The notes under the pieces are model-generated. The model searched no databases. It saw only the letters and a program-made list of their open reading frames with translations, and was not told where the DNA came from. Below, in pieces: positions 27,350-40,061 of a stretch of 64,000 nt of DNA (position 1 is its first letter; every line of letters starts with the position of its first letter). The DNA is from Vicugna vicugna. Taxonomy: Eukaryota. A program made the translations under genes and the position numbers. The stretch covers positions 4,594,508 to 4,658,507 of the forward strand of contig MU058584.1 in NCBI GenBank assembly GCA_013265495.1, read 5' to 3'.

Positions 27350-29928
27350 CTGAAACCAAGGGCAGACTGTGCACCCATAACCGGCAACACCAAGTCCTTC
27401 TAGCCGCCTTCCTTGCTCTCTCAACAACTCTTGCACCTCTGTCTCCCGTTCACTCAAACCCACGGTCAGGTGCAATCAACTGCCCTGCAGCATTTGCCCA
27501 AGAAACACTCCATCATCCCATTTCAGGGAGTCTACAGCCAGCCAGCCGTCGGGGCTGCTTCAGACACACCCCAAATGTTACCTGGGTAACAGCAATGTTA
27601 CCCAGGCTGACGGGTTAGGTGCAACTCAAAAGGGCTGGCTGGGTTGGCCAGCGCTGGAATAGAGGAAGGGGATACTGGCTGAGCGGAGGAGGGGCTTTGT
27701 GTTCTCAGTGATCCTTCCTACAGTCTGAATTTTTATCATCGCAGTTGAAATATACTAAACAAACGTTTAAAACCTGGAAAGGTAAAGTTCTTTGAGGATC
27801 AAAAAAGGATTGGAAATATGTCCCCCAAAAAGTCGGGGGGAAGGGAGAGGCAGGAAGTCCTAATAGAGAGAGTAGGGCACACAGGCAGGGGGAGGGAGGA
27901 GGGCTGAGCGGGACCCTGGCCTGACACGGGGGCGATGCCAGGACCAGCCCTGTTCTGTCTTAGTCTCCAGCCTGCAGTCCTTCAAGGCCTTGAAGTTCAG
28001 GAGATGAGGATGTTCAGGGGAGCCTGGAGCTCCTCACGTGTTCCTTCAGAACAACCTGCAAAGGCACGTCCCTCTAGAAGGCACTGGAACCCGATGGCCA
28101 AGCACCGGGGTCCCAGAGTCGGGCAGATCTGGGGTCACAGGCAGCTTACTTAAACCCCCGGCATCCTTCCTCGTCTGTAAGACGGGGATGGTAATTCCAC
28201 CTACCTCCCAGAGCTGCCATGGGGATTATGAGTTGAGAGGTGTGAAGATGTGACACTGTGTGGCTCACAGCAGGTGAGGAATCAGCAGATGTCACCCCTC
28301 ATGGGCATGCAGCTAAGTGGCGGGGCTGAAACTCATGTTCCGCCTGCGTGATCCGAGTCCAAGCCCCATCTCCCACCTGCAACACTGTCTTCCTCCTTTT
28401 GTCTGGTCACCTCCTACTCACTCTCGAGGTTCTCACACAGCTTCCTCAGAGCAGCTCTTTGAATGCCCCTTGACCCAAGTTCTCCCCAACAGGGAGCACG
28501 TGCCACTCCCTGTTACGGGTCCTGCAGCACTCGGCTTCCCCTTCCACAGCTCTCACCATAGGTAGGACCTCTTCTAAAGCAGAATTAGTGATGTATCATT
28601 CACACACCACACAATTCACCCATTTAAAGTGCAGGGGATGGCTGTCTGCCCGCCAGATAGGAAGCGCCATGAGGGCAGGTCACAGCATCCCTAGGACCTA
28701 GCACGGTGTCTGCTCAAAGCAGGGGCTTGGCAAGTAAGTATCTGCTAAATGATGAGTGCCACCCCGCCTCTGGAGCCCTGCTGGTTGTCCGAGAAGGGAA
28801 GAGAGCCTGAGGATGGACAGACCTCCCTGTCTGTGACCACAAGTCACACGCGGGACTTGGGTTTACAAGGGAGGGTGTGAGAAGGGTCAACACTCCAAGC
28901 TGCGGGTAGGGGGCACATTCTCAGGGAATGTTCTGCCTCTGAGGAAGTGCTCCTTGACCCCCATCTGGGTGCCTGCCTACAGCTCCCCCAGAGCTCCATG
29001 ACACAGTCTCAGGTGAGGAAATAGGGGTCAAGAAGGAGAGGAGTTTCCAAGAGGTCCCAGCCGCAAAGATGGAGGAGCACACAGCCAAACGCCCACTGCC
29101 ACCCTGCGGCTTCCAGGTCCAGGATTTGGCACCCTCCCATCATGCCCAGCACCTCGATGGCCGCCAGCCCCGGCATGGGTACCCGATGATGGGGCCCTTT
29201 GTCAGTGATGTGGAGCTGTGAATGATCGATGGAAGGATGCCGCCGGTCCCTGCCCATGTGCCCCCCGCCGGGCCTTGCGAGGTATCCCAGTCACACACTG
29301 ACAAGCACGGGATGTGGCACTCGGCTCCCCGGAGCTGCCAGAAGCAGACTGTGACATTACAGAGCCCGCTGCTCGGGGAGGAGCCCTGGGCCAGCAGGAA
29401 CCTTTGGGAGCAGCTACAGGGAAGGTCTGAAGGATGCTGGTGGAACCGTTTCCTCTGGGAGACCGAGCTCCTCACAGGCAGGCCGCAGGGCACGTAAAAC
29501 GATGCTGACAAGGCACTCGACCTCGTGGGAAGTGCCCTTGACAGAAGGACGGCTGCCCTCAGCTCACAAATGGGGCAACTGCAGGGTTACAGAGGAAACT
29601 GAGCAGCTTGCCTGAGATAACACAGCTCCTAAAAAGCCAGCTCGAGACTGAAAACCAGACAGGCTGACTCCGGAGCCTGCACTAGCCAGTGGTTATTAGA
29701 ATTCAAGTAACAATTCACAGTCATTTAGCATTTTAACTTTTCAAAGGCTTTCACTTAATTTGAATTTCACAACAGTCCTGTGTGGCAAAGAGAACAGGAG
29801 TTGAGATCCCCATTGGCTAGAGGAGGAAACAGGCAGAGAAAGGCTGGGGGAGAATAAAGCATAACTGGAAACCAGATGCTTGACTCTCGCCCTCCGCGTC
29901 CCAGGAGGCGTCCCTCCCACCAGCTCTA

Positions 29929-30210
<282 letters not shown>

Positions 30211-33200
30211 TCAGCTCACTGAGGACAGGAAGCCCTCGGCTGCCTTCCCCTACTTTGCCCCTTGTTCTATCCCTATCCCGGGGAGTCTGAGACAGGATTC
30301 ACTGGGCCCTCACCAAGGGGAAGCTCTCATGACAGATGCCAAACAGCAACAAGGCAGGTGGGAGAGGGAAGGAGGTGAACGTCCAGGTAAACGTGGAATG
30401 TGGGTACACGTGTGGCTCCTGGGATCCCACCTGAATGCCAAAAGGGATTCCTTTTAAAAAGGCTTGAAGCCCCCAAGGGGAGAGAACGTCTGGAAGCTGG
30501 AAGGTGGATGGATGGGTGTGGGCAAGAAACTGATCCAGGAAACAGCTGAGGTTGGTGGCCGGGGAAGTCTGGCAGGAGGCCCCCAAAAGCTCAGGAAGTG
30601 GAGGCCCGAGAGTCTCTGCAGGCAGGTGGGGCTCGATGGAGAGTCTCTAAAGGAAGCAGTGGGTCCCCTCCACTACTCTTCTCAGTCCAGGCTCCAGGCA
30701 CCTGCCCCCCAAGTTGGCAGGAGAGCAGAGGGGTGAACTGGGGGCCTCTGGCCTTAGAGACACCAGACACAGCTGAGGCAACATGGGAAAAACCGAGGGA
30801 ACAAGAGCCTGTACATTTAACAGTGGGACCCCCGCCCCATCACCTCACCCGGCCCAGGCAGGAGACCGGAGACCTTGGCCCTGGGGAAATTCAACCAGCC
30901 GCAGAGAAGAGCCCTGCAAAGCCTAAGAGCTGGCCACCCTGTGGGACGGCCCAGCCCGAGCCCCTCACAGTCCACATGATGGCTTCCCAGGGCTGCACTG
31001 TTAACCATTGGGACCGCGCAGATCCCCAGACATTTAAGGAAAGGCACTAAGCAGAGATGGGGGAATAAAAAAGAAAGAAAGCAAAAGCCAAAAAAAAAAA
31101 AAGCAGATCTCACAGGAGACAGTGCAGGGAGGTTAAGAACACAAACAGAATTCTAATTATGTGTCCTCAGAAAGTTGAGAAAGTAATGAATCCACGAACA
31201 AAAGAGCTGGAGGCCATGAAGACCGTGGAGGTAATGAAAAGGCGCTCTCAGCAATCAGAAAAACAGCACAAAATGTCAAACTCCGCCGATCTCACGAGGA
31301 AGACCCACTGCTAGCAGATATGATGACCCACCACAAAGGACCACGGTGCCCCCCGCGGCACGCTGGCACCCAGGAGAGGCCTGCCTCTGGTACCTCCAGC
31401 CCAATCGTTCTGAGAAGCAGGGTGACAGAGCACACGGTCTCCCTTCTCCTCCGGAGCCAAGGACATGGTGGTGGTGGAGGGCAGGGCAGCCTGTGTGCTC
31501 AGAGCAGGCTGCTCTCCCAACCTCCCCTCCAAGAAACGGAGGGATCACATTTCTGCAAGGAGCCCTTCCCTTTCCCGCTGTTTGGTGTAGGGGGTAAGGT
31601 CTTGGCCTCAGAATATGACTATGTCTCAGCAGGAAGCCCAGCCTGGGAGGGGGACCCATCAGGGAACTTCCACTGCCAACTGGGATGGCTGAGGCCACAG
31701 TGGGTTCTGGACACCCTCTCTGAGGCTGCGGTGAAAGCCAGGCACGAGTCCTGGTCTCCAGCAGAGGGAGGAATCACTGGGGCCAGACCAATGCGGCCCG
31801 GCTAAGAAATCTGGAAATAGGGTGGCCAGGTGGCAACTCTTATCTCTGTTTATCCAGCATTCACCACTGGAGAGGGTTGTAGGTACCCTCAGTTTTTTTT
31901 TTTTTTCCCATAAAACAACACATCTATTGGGCTGGGGGCCAATCCAACACTTTTCAAAAAAAAATTTTTTTAAAAGAAAAAGGCACAAAGGGACAGGCCC
32001 AGAGATCAGATCAGAAGCCTGGGGTGGCCAGAGGAGGCACAAGCACCTTTTACAGGCTAAAAGAACAGGAGTGCAATTCTGGGGTAAAACTGGCTCTTTG
32101 AAGTAACCAGGGGACCTCTAGGTGGCACCAGGAAGGCAACTTGGAAAAGCAAGGCGGGAAAATTCAAAGGCCCCTATGTTGCCCTCCCCACTCCCTCCAG
32201 ACCTCACGCAGACTGAGGCATTTCCTCTGAGAAAAACGGGAGCCAGTGTCCTTCTCTCCAGAAGATAACTGGAAAGGCTCTATCCTGTTCCAGGAGCTTC
32301 GAGCATCAGGTGAGAGCAGCGTTTGGAGAGGTCGCCCTCCAAGCCTGGCTGGGGTGGAACCTGGACTGTCTGCCCAGCTGGGCCAGCTGGTGGCAGAGTT
32401 ACTGACCCAGTCCCCTGAAGGTCCCTTTTTTGCTCAGGTCGCCTGTGGTTACCTGTCAGCTTTGGATTTGTAGTCTGGCCTCCCAGGACCAAACGCTGGC
32501 ATTCAGCTCACCTTTCAGCACTAGAATCAATGTCGACAATGCCAGGGTTGACCTGCCACCAGGAGGTGGCACTGCCTGGCAACCCCCAGGTAGCCCAGAG
32601 ATCTCCATGCCCAGGTGAGCCCCGTGGGAAGCTGCTAATGAGACCTCACAAGCAGAAGGTATCCTGGTGGCCCGGAGACAGCTGGCACCCAGGGAAAACC
32701 TAAGCTACTGCACTTCTTCAGCTGGGGGATAACAGAATGAAAAAACCCAAATCCACGGTTTATGGCTAAAATCTATGAATGAAATACACAGCGTGTTACG
32801 TGTAAAACTCCTGGCCTCTTGGAGTCAGCTGGGAAGCACCAGGTATGTGTGGAATGCCACTGGCCTGTGCTCACAAGCACTGATGGGAAAGTTTGTAATT
32901 TCATGTACTGAATCCTTTGGTGAAAACTGTTCAGGTGCCCATGCAAATGGAGAGGAATGAAACCGAGACAGGGCCTCCAAGCCTTTTCTTATTGGTTTTG
33001 GAACGAATCCTTCTTACCCCATGATAACGGGAGAGCACGTGCGTTCTCTGAGGGTGAGCGGGGTGGCCGGAAGCAGGCTGGGGGCCAGCAAAGGCGGGGT
33101 GTAGGTGTCTGCTGCAGATCCAAGTCATGCCCACAGAGGGTGTCAGACCGGGACCCCGTGAGCCCTGGCTCAGCCACAGGGAGCAAGGACGTGAGGTGGA

Positions 33201-34199
33201 GGCCAGCGTTCTCCCTCCTGATCAGAGATGCAGCGGGCACTCCTGGCATGACGGGGGCAGGGTGCAGAGCTGGGGTGGGCACGGCATTCTCTTCCCAAGA
33301 CTCTTGCTGAGGGTGCTGCCTGCCTTGTGCAGTCAGGACTTTTGGGGAAGAAACAACAGGGACCATGCGGCTCCCATTCAAGGGAAAGGGCAACAACTCG
33401 GAACCCATCAGTCCACGTGCTCTTCAGTCCAAAAACACCCCACAAAACTGCATGAGACCGCTCTCGCTGCCTCGGACTTGCCAACCCAAGCACAGCTGGT
33501 GTTTTCCGTCTGTTCTCACAGCCTCACGAACTCTTCCGGGATAATCCCACGTGGCTCGCATGGAAAATCTTGGCGCCAAAAGCAGATGTTTCTTTCTGTT
33601 CTATCTACCCTCTCCTTCATTCTCTTTCCTCATTCTTAACTTCACTGGAGTAGAAAACCTTTCCTATTTCTTGGCCTAGAAAAGAAGTGATTTCACAAAA
33701 TCTGAACAAATTAGTTAATCAGTGAAATAAAACCAAACCCTGAATGTACTCCTTCCGGCTCACAAGTCACACTTGGAAACACGGTCTTGCCAAGTGGTTG
33801 GGGATGGGCATTTCAGTAGTTAAAATCCTGGGATACTGAGAGGTTCTTTTTTGTCTCACAATCAAAATAAAAAACCCCAGAATTCCTTCACTCCTCAAGA
33901 AGGAACACATCAGTCCACGAGATAAATCAGTGATGTTGGTTTGTTGACCTGCCACACGGAAAAGATCTATCATCGCCACCGATGAGCATCCACGATAATT
34001 AAGAGTTGCTATTGCTTTCCGCCCTGTTGAGAGGGAAAAGGGAAGGCTTCTCTGCTTCCTGAAGAGGGAAAATTAACTTGAGCAGTTTGAGTTGCCCAAA
34101 GTCATCCGGCAAGAGATTAGAAATGCAGCTTGAACTGGCTCTTTCCATAAATATGATCTGATTAGTGCCCTCAAAGTCTCTCTTTCCAGGTGAAGGTCT

Positions 34200-35250
34200 C
34201 CCTCAAACAACACAGTGACAACTGCGGAGGCAAGAGCCACCAACGCACGCTGCGCACGGTGCGTGCAGGCGGAAGGGGAAACAGAGAAGCCGCACAGCCT
34301 TGAACTATCTCCTCTGCTGTATTTGTTAATTACAATGGAAAAAGTGGTGACTTTACAGCGGGGAAACCTGGCCGACGCCACCTCAACTGTGTGGACTGAA
34401 CGTATTCTCCCAAGATTCATACACTGAAGCCCTAACCTCCAATGTTACTGTATTCAGAGGTGAGTCCTTTGGGAAGTAATTAGGTTTAGAAGAGGTGATA
34501 AAGGGTGGGGTCCTGATAAGAGACTGGAGCGCTTGCTCTCCATCCCTCTCCCAAACCTTTCACCACAGGAGGACACAGCAAGAAGACAGCCGGGAAGAGG
34601 GCCCTCACCAGAACCCCACCACGCTGCCACCCTGATCTCAGATGTCCAGCCTCCTGAACTGTGGGAAAAAACGAATGTCTGTGGTTTAAGCCATCCAGTC
34701 TATGGTATCTTGTTACAGCAGCCCAGGCTAAGATATCAACCAAGAGATCAAGGGCAAAATTTGCTAGGAATATACTGACGCTTGGCCCCTAATATGATCA
34801 CTTCACCCTCTCCCACCCCACAAGCCTGCCAAAAATGTACCACCTCATTCTAACCTTGGGAGCACACCAGCTCCACCCAAATGGAGGGGCCGTCAACAAA
34901 GCCCCTCACAGGACTCTACAAGGGCGTCAATGTCATGGGAGCCAAGGAAAGAACAAAGACCTGTCAAAGACTGAAGGAGACAAAGGATCACGTGATGACT
35001 GAATACAACATGGGATCCTGAGCTGGATCTTGGACCAGAAAATAAGACACCAGTGGAAAAATGGGTGAAATCTGAATTGAGTCTGTAGTTGAGTTAATAG
35101 CATTGCATCCATGGCAATGTCTTAGGTTTGATAACTGCTGTGGTCAGGCAAGACGGTAGCACTAGGAGAAGCTGGTGGGTGGGAATTCTCGGCACTGTTT
35201 CCCCAACTCTTCTCTGTGCCTAAAATTATTTCAAAATAAAAAGGTTAAAA
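34200..35250 (+). mobile_element. Ancient L1 (L1MC-like) 3' UTR interrupted by an MLT1 LTR
   Basis: ctttacagcggggaaacctggccgacgccacctcaac|caagagatcaa rejoins across the LTR and ends in taaaattatttcaaaataaaaaggttaaaa. Confidence 0.7.
34388..34735 (+). mobile_element. MLT1A-type solo LTR (ERVL-MaLR) with 5-bp TSD
   Basis: tgtgtggactgaa...gaagccctaacctccaatg...tttaagccatccagtctatggtatcttgttacagcagccc; TSD tcaac at 34383-34387 and 34736-34740. Confidence 0.85.
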
Positions 35251-35544
35251 AAAAATCTACCCCTGAGTACAGTAATTCCTCTGGGTCCCATAAAAGGTGA
35301 TGGGGTTGTGTCCAGAAACTGTTAGCTCCAAAATCAATTATCAGATGGCAGAGCAGCTTTACACATACAAGACAGTGATGTTCCAATGAGGGAGTGGAGG
35401 TTTGGCATCGCCACATCCTGAATTACTACGGACAACACTAGGACACCACTGACCTGTGAGCAAAGGCCCAAGGGGGTTATGCTCAGGAAGAGCAGCTGAG
35501 GAGGGCAGCAAGTGCTTTAAAGAGGAACCTGCCTTAAAGGAAAA

Positions 35545-36182
35545 AAACTAAAAATAGAGTTACCATATGATCCAGCAATCCTACTCCTGGGCGTGTATCC
35601 AGAGGAAGCTACTTCGAGAAGATACACGCACCCCAATGTTCATAGCAGCAATATTTACAATGACCAAGACATAAAAACAATCTAAATAATTTACATCAAC
35701 AGATGACTGGATAAAGAAGATGTGGCGTATTTATACAATGGAATATTAATCGGCCATGAAAGAGAAAGACATAATGCCATTTATAGCAACATGGATGGAC
35801 CTAGAGATGATCACACTAAGTGAAGTAAGTTAGAGAAAGACAAATATAACATGATATCACTTCTGTGTGGAATCTAAAAGAATGGCACAAATGAACTTAT
35901 TTACAAAACAGAAAGACACTTACATAGAAAACAAATTATGGTTACTGGGGGGAAAAGGTGGGGGAGGGATAAATCAGGAGTTTGGGATTTGCAGATGTTA
36001 ACTACGATATATTAAATAGATAAACAACGAGGTCCTACTGTTTAGCACAGGGAACTATATTCAGTATCTTATAATAACAGATAGTGGTAAAGAATATATG
36101 TATATATATAACTCAGTCACTATGCTGTACACCAGAAACCAGCACAACATTATAAATCAACAATACTTCAACTGAAAAAAAA
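35545..36182 (+). mobile_element. 5'-truncated artiodactyl-type L1 (ORF2 end plus 3' UTR, A-tail)
   Basis: atagagttaccatatgatccagcaatcctactcctgggc...gcaacatggatggacctagag...ggaactatattcagtatctt...atacttcaactgaaaaaa. Confidence 0.9.
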
Positions 36183-36527
36183 CACTGAAAGGAAAGGACT
36201 GGCCAAGAGGAGAAGGTAGTTTTGTCCAATGCTTGGGTTCTTTTTCTCTAGACAGAAGTAACTATGCCCTTGAGGCCCATGGGCCATGGCCAGGGTCCCA
36301 GGACACTGATTTCTGAATTCTGGTGTTCCCTGTCCTGAACTGCTGAGCTCAAGACATCTGCTTGGGAATCACAGTAGACACTCTGGGATGTTCCTTCCCC
36401 AGAGGAAAGCCCTGAAGCCGCGCTCAGCCTGAGACTTCACCCGTCAACCGGCCAGAGCGCCAGCGAGGACCGCATGCTACACCTGCCTGAGGGTGGGCAT
36501 CCCTTCCCTGGCAAATTCCCAAGTTAC

Positions 36528-37252
36528 CTGTGATCCTGTTGGAAATGCTGAAGAGCCTGGAAGTCCTCTGCCGCTGCACAAACGGTTCCCGGTAATACCG
36601 ATCCCCAAAGCACATGCCCAGTAGTTCCTTGCGAACCGTCTTGTTCCAGAGTCCGTAGATCAGGGGGTGGCAGATGGCACTGGTAAAGGACAGCCATGTG
36701 GCCCAGGTCTCCAGGGTCGGAGAGACATAGTTCTTCCCCCAGAGGGCCTCAGAGGTGATGACAACCATGTAGGGGCCCCAGGTGACCATGAAGGCACCAA
36801 TGACCACCAGGATGGTGATGAGAGCTTTGCATTGGTTGGCCGAATACACCACACCCTGAAAGGCGTTCTTCCTACTGCCCGAGGAGGAGGTGGAGGTGCT
36901 GGAGTTCTTCCTCCCGTTCCTCTGCGCGTCCTCCTCCACGATGACCACGGTGCCACAGTGCACCTTGCGTGCCTTGACCCTGGCCACACGGAAGATGAAG
37001 CCATAGCACACCAGCATGACCAGAAAGGGGAACAGGGCACACCAGATCTGCCAGAAGGCGGTATAGCCAGGCTCCCGGTGCCACGCAGCCACACACATCC
37101 ACTTGAACTCGTCAAACTCCACCGATGACCAGCCAAACAGAGGCGGCAGGCAGCCAATGAAGGAGTGAAGCCAGATGTAGGCAAGTGCCATGACGGCTCG
37201 GTTGCCCGTGATCTTCATGGGGTACACCATGGGGTACAGGACAGCATAGTAG
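36528..37252 (-). CDS. GPR161: GPR161 coding exon 2 of 5 (ICL2 to TM7, helix 8)
   Basis: cttcctag|C TAC TAT...ACAG|gtaact; 725 nt, phase 2 to 1. Encodes [19 protein letters not shown]...VARVKARK...TWGPY...[19 protein letters not shown]...SISNRIT. Confidence 0.98.
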
Positions 37253-38581
37253 CTAGGAAGAGGAGGGAGGGAGGCGAGAGAGGAGTCAAAATAGAGGAGA
37301 CACAGCAGGATGGGCAACCACTGCTTTCCCAGGTAGGGAGCACTGTTGAATTTCTTTTGCCCAACCAGCCATGGGGTGAATGCTTCCAAAAGTGGCACCT
37401 CTCCCAACTCTCCCCAGACAAGTCACAGACTGGCCGTGCTGCCCAGCCCAGTGGGACCCTTCGTCAGAGAAGGGCTGGGTACCAAGAAGGACACACAGCT
37501 CAGGCGGTCCCGTTTCCGAGCACCATGCCAGAGTCCATTCCTACTTGGGGGCGTGGCTAGTCCTGAGGCATCAACAGGCATTCTAAGGGATCGTACATCA
37601 AGCCAGATCACTTCTGTGTTTCTGACATTAAGCCCTTTGGGTCAGTTTTCAAAGGGTCACCAGAAACCAGACTAACATCTAAGGATCCTGGGGTCCATTC
37701 GTTCAAAGAACACAGACGGGAGGCCTGCTACATGCCAAGCACTGTGCTATGAACCGGAAATACAGGGGAGACAGACACCTAAGCAGAGCATGAGACTCTG
37801 GCTGGAAAGGGTCTCATGTAATCCTCATGACAATGGTTTGAACCGGTTTTACATTTTACAGATGAGGACATTAAAGCAGAGAAAGGATAAGTAATCTGCC
37901 CCAGATCAGGAAGGGGAAGAAACAAGATAAAACCCCAGGCAAGCTGACTCTCCAGTCTCCGACGCACATGCCAGCAATTCCCTGCAAACCATCTTGTTCC
38001 AGAGTCCAGAGGCCAGGGGTGGTTCCTAAGCCCTCAGCCCTGGAGAGCGACTGATTCACACTGGCCACTCCGATCCAAAGTGCAGGGTCAGAGCAGACTT
38101 CCTGGAGGAGATGGCACACAGCCCCAGGTCTTCAAAGATCAGAGGCACTGGCCCAGGAGCAGCAGAGGCAGGAAGCCAGCCTTGGCGAGGCGTGGAGGCA
38201 GAAGTGAGCAGCAACTCAGCGGGGAAGCCACTCGCAGCTCCATCAGGCAGACACAGGGTGAAGGTGGAGCGGGGAGAGGAGCTGGGCTTGGGGCGGGCCA
38301 GGCCTTGCAGGCCAGCTGAGGGCGGACCTTTTAACTGGAATGGGTGGGAGGACATAGACCATGGGGCTGAGAGTAAACTACCACTCTCCCGCCCTAGATG
38401 TTTCATCCAAGGGAAATGCTGTTTAATGACAGGGCTTATGCATGAGGGCAAAATGTGGAGGGACAGGGGTATAGGCAGGACATGAGGGGATGATCGTGGC
38501 TGTGAGCCTCACACCTCACCTGTGAAGCCACCTCCTCCACTGGGACCTTCCTGAGTCACCCCTGGGCACAACTAACTAACT

Positions 38582-38645
<64 letters not shown>

Positions 38646-38680
38646 TTGTCTACCTACCTACCTACCTACCTATCTATCTA
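38582..38680 (+). repeat. (TCTA)n/(CCTA)n tetranucleotide microsatellite forming the tail of the adjacent SINE
   Basis: Directly visible tandem repeat. Confidence 0.95.
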
Positions 38681-38755
38681 ATGGAGTACTGGGGATTGAA
38701 CCCAGGACCTTGTGGATGCAAGGCATGCACTCTACCACTGAGCTATACTCACCCC
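38681..38755 (-). mobile_element. tRNA-Ala-derived SINE (Vic-1-like)
   Basis: Minus strand reads GGGGTGAGTATAGCTCAGTGGTAGAGTGCATGCC...CCTGGGTTCAATCCCCAGTACTCCA, with A and B boxes. Confidence 0.8.
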
Positions 38756-39396
38756 AACCCCCGACCACCACTCTTTTTTAGACACTAGCCCAAGCATGAC
38801 CATTGGTCCCAAAAGAGGCTTTCATGATGTTACATGTAACTCAAAAGCTGTAATGCTGTAGGAGCTCCAATGATCTCCTGCCACAAGACCAACCAGTAGG
38901 AAAACGACCCCTATTTTTAATAAGATGCTTTCACTAAAAACACAAATACAGCCACCTTGCAGTGAACAGGTCAACTTACACTGAAAAGTGCTGGGACGGC
39001 ACCAGTGCTTTTCTTCACTATAACTAACCACCCCATAGTTTCGGGTACTTTCATTTACTGATACAACACACTACTTTTGGAGCTGGAGTTTCATCCCCCT
39101 ACAATGTGGAATGAAAACATGGGAAATATTTTAAAAGGACCTGAAGCCCTGGCAATTTCAAGGCTAAACTAGAAATGACATGTTGGACTTACTCACAGTG
39201 AAAATCTTCCCAGACTGAATGATGCTCCCCCTCGGCACATGTCTCCCCACAGCTGGTTTAGGACACTGACATCTCAGGGGTGAATGGCACTCCAATCAGC
39301 TATTCTTCCTATGCTCTGCCTTTGCTCTCTCTTCATGGGGCTACAAGATGGGCTCTTTTGGCTCATCTGCCAAGGAATTTGATGGATTTCTCTAGC

Positions 39397-39582
39397 TAAG
39401 GTCCTTAACTGGGCACACGCGACAATGTCTGGAGACATTCTGAGTTGTTACAACTGGGCAGGGGCTACTGGCATCTAGTGAGTAGAGGCCAGGGACACTG
39501 CTCAACATCCTACACAGGACGGCTCAGCACAACAAATGCATCTGGTCCAGAATGTCAACCGTGCTGCGGTTGAGAGACCCTG
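39397..39582 (+). mobile_element. MER20 (hAT-Charlie)
   Basis: caatgtctggagacatt...gctactggcatctagtgagtagaggccaggga...ggttgagagaccctg. Confidence 0.85.
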
Positions 39583-39627
39583 AGCTAAACTAACTGGTTG
39601 TCGGATGTGACTGACACCTGACTTGGC

Positions 39628-39850
39628 AGTACAGTGGAATGAGTGGTTAAGAGCCCAGCTTTCAGCATTTCAGAGCTCGGTGAGTTACTTACCAGCCATG
39701 TGGACTTGTGCGAATTTACAAAACCTCACTTTGCTCATCTGCAAAATGGGGCTGTTAGGGTTGTTGTGAGGATGAGCTGGGATAAATGTTGATTAACAGC
39801 ACTGTGCACCGCCTGGCAAGTGACTAGCACGTAACACACTTTAGTTAAGG
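39628..39850 (+). mobile_element. MIR SINE
   Basis: agtggttaagagc...cttaccagccatgtggac...ctcatctgcaaaatgggg...gggttgttgtgaggat. Confidence 0.7.
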
Positions 39851-40016
39851 TCATGACCCCTACCCGTGTTCTTCTCCACTATGGCTTTCTTAATGATGGT
39901 CAAACTTTCTTCCACTCCCATTCTCTCTTGTATTCCTCTTAGTCCTCTCTCCTCACTTATCTTTTACTACTGTGTCTTCCTCCCTCCCTCCCTCTCTCCC
40001 TGCCCCCTCCACCTCT

Positions 40017-40061
40017 CTGTCTCTCTCTCACACACACACACAGACACACACACACACACAC
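40017..40061 (+). repeat. (CT)n(CA)n microsatellite
   Basis: Directly visible. Confidence 0.9.

Noticed and set aside
36424..37407. 327-aa ORF as a single-exon GPCR
   Set aside because: It is the 725-nt GPR161 exon plus fortuitously open intronic flanks. Splice sites at 37252 and 36528 fit the neighbouring exon phases.
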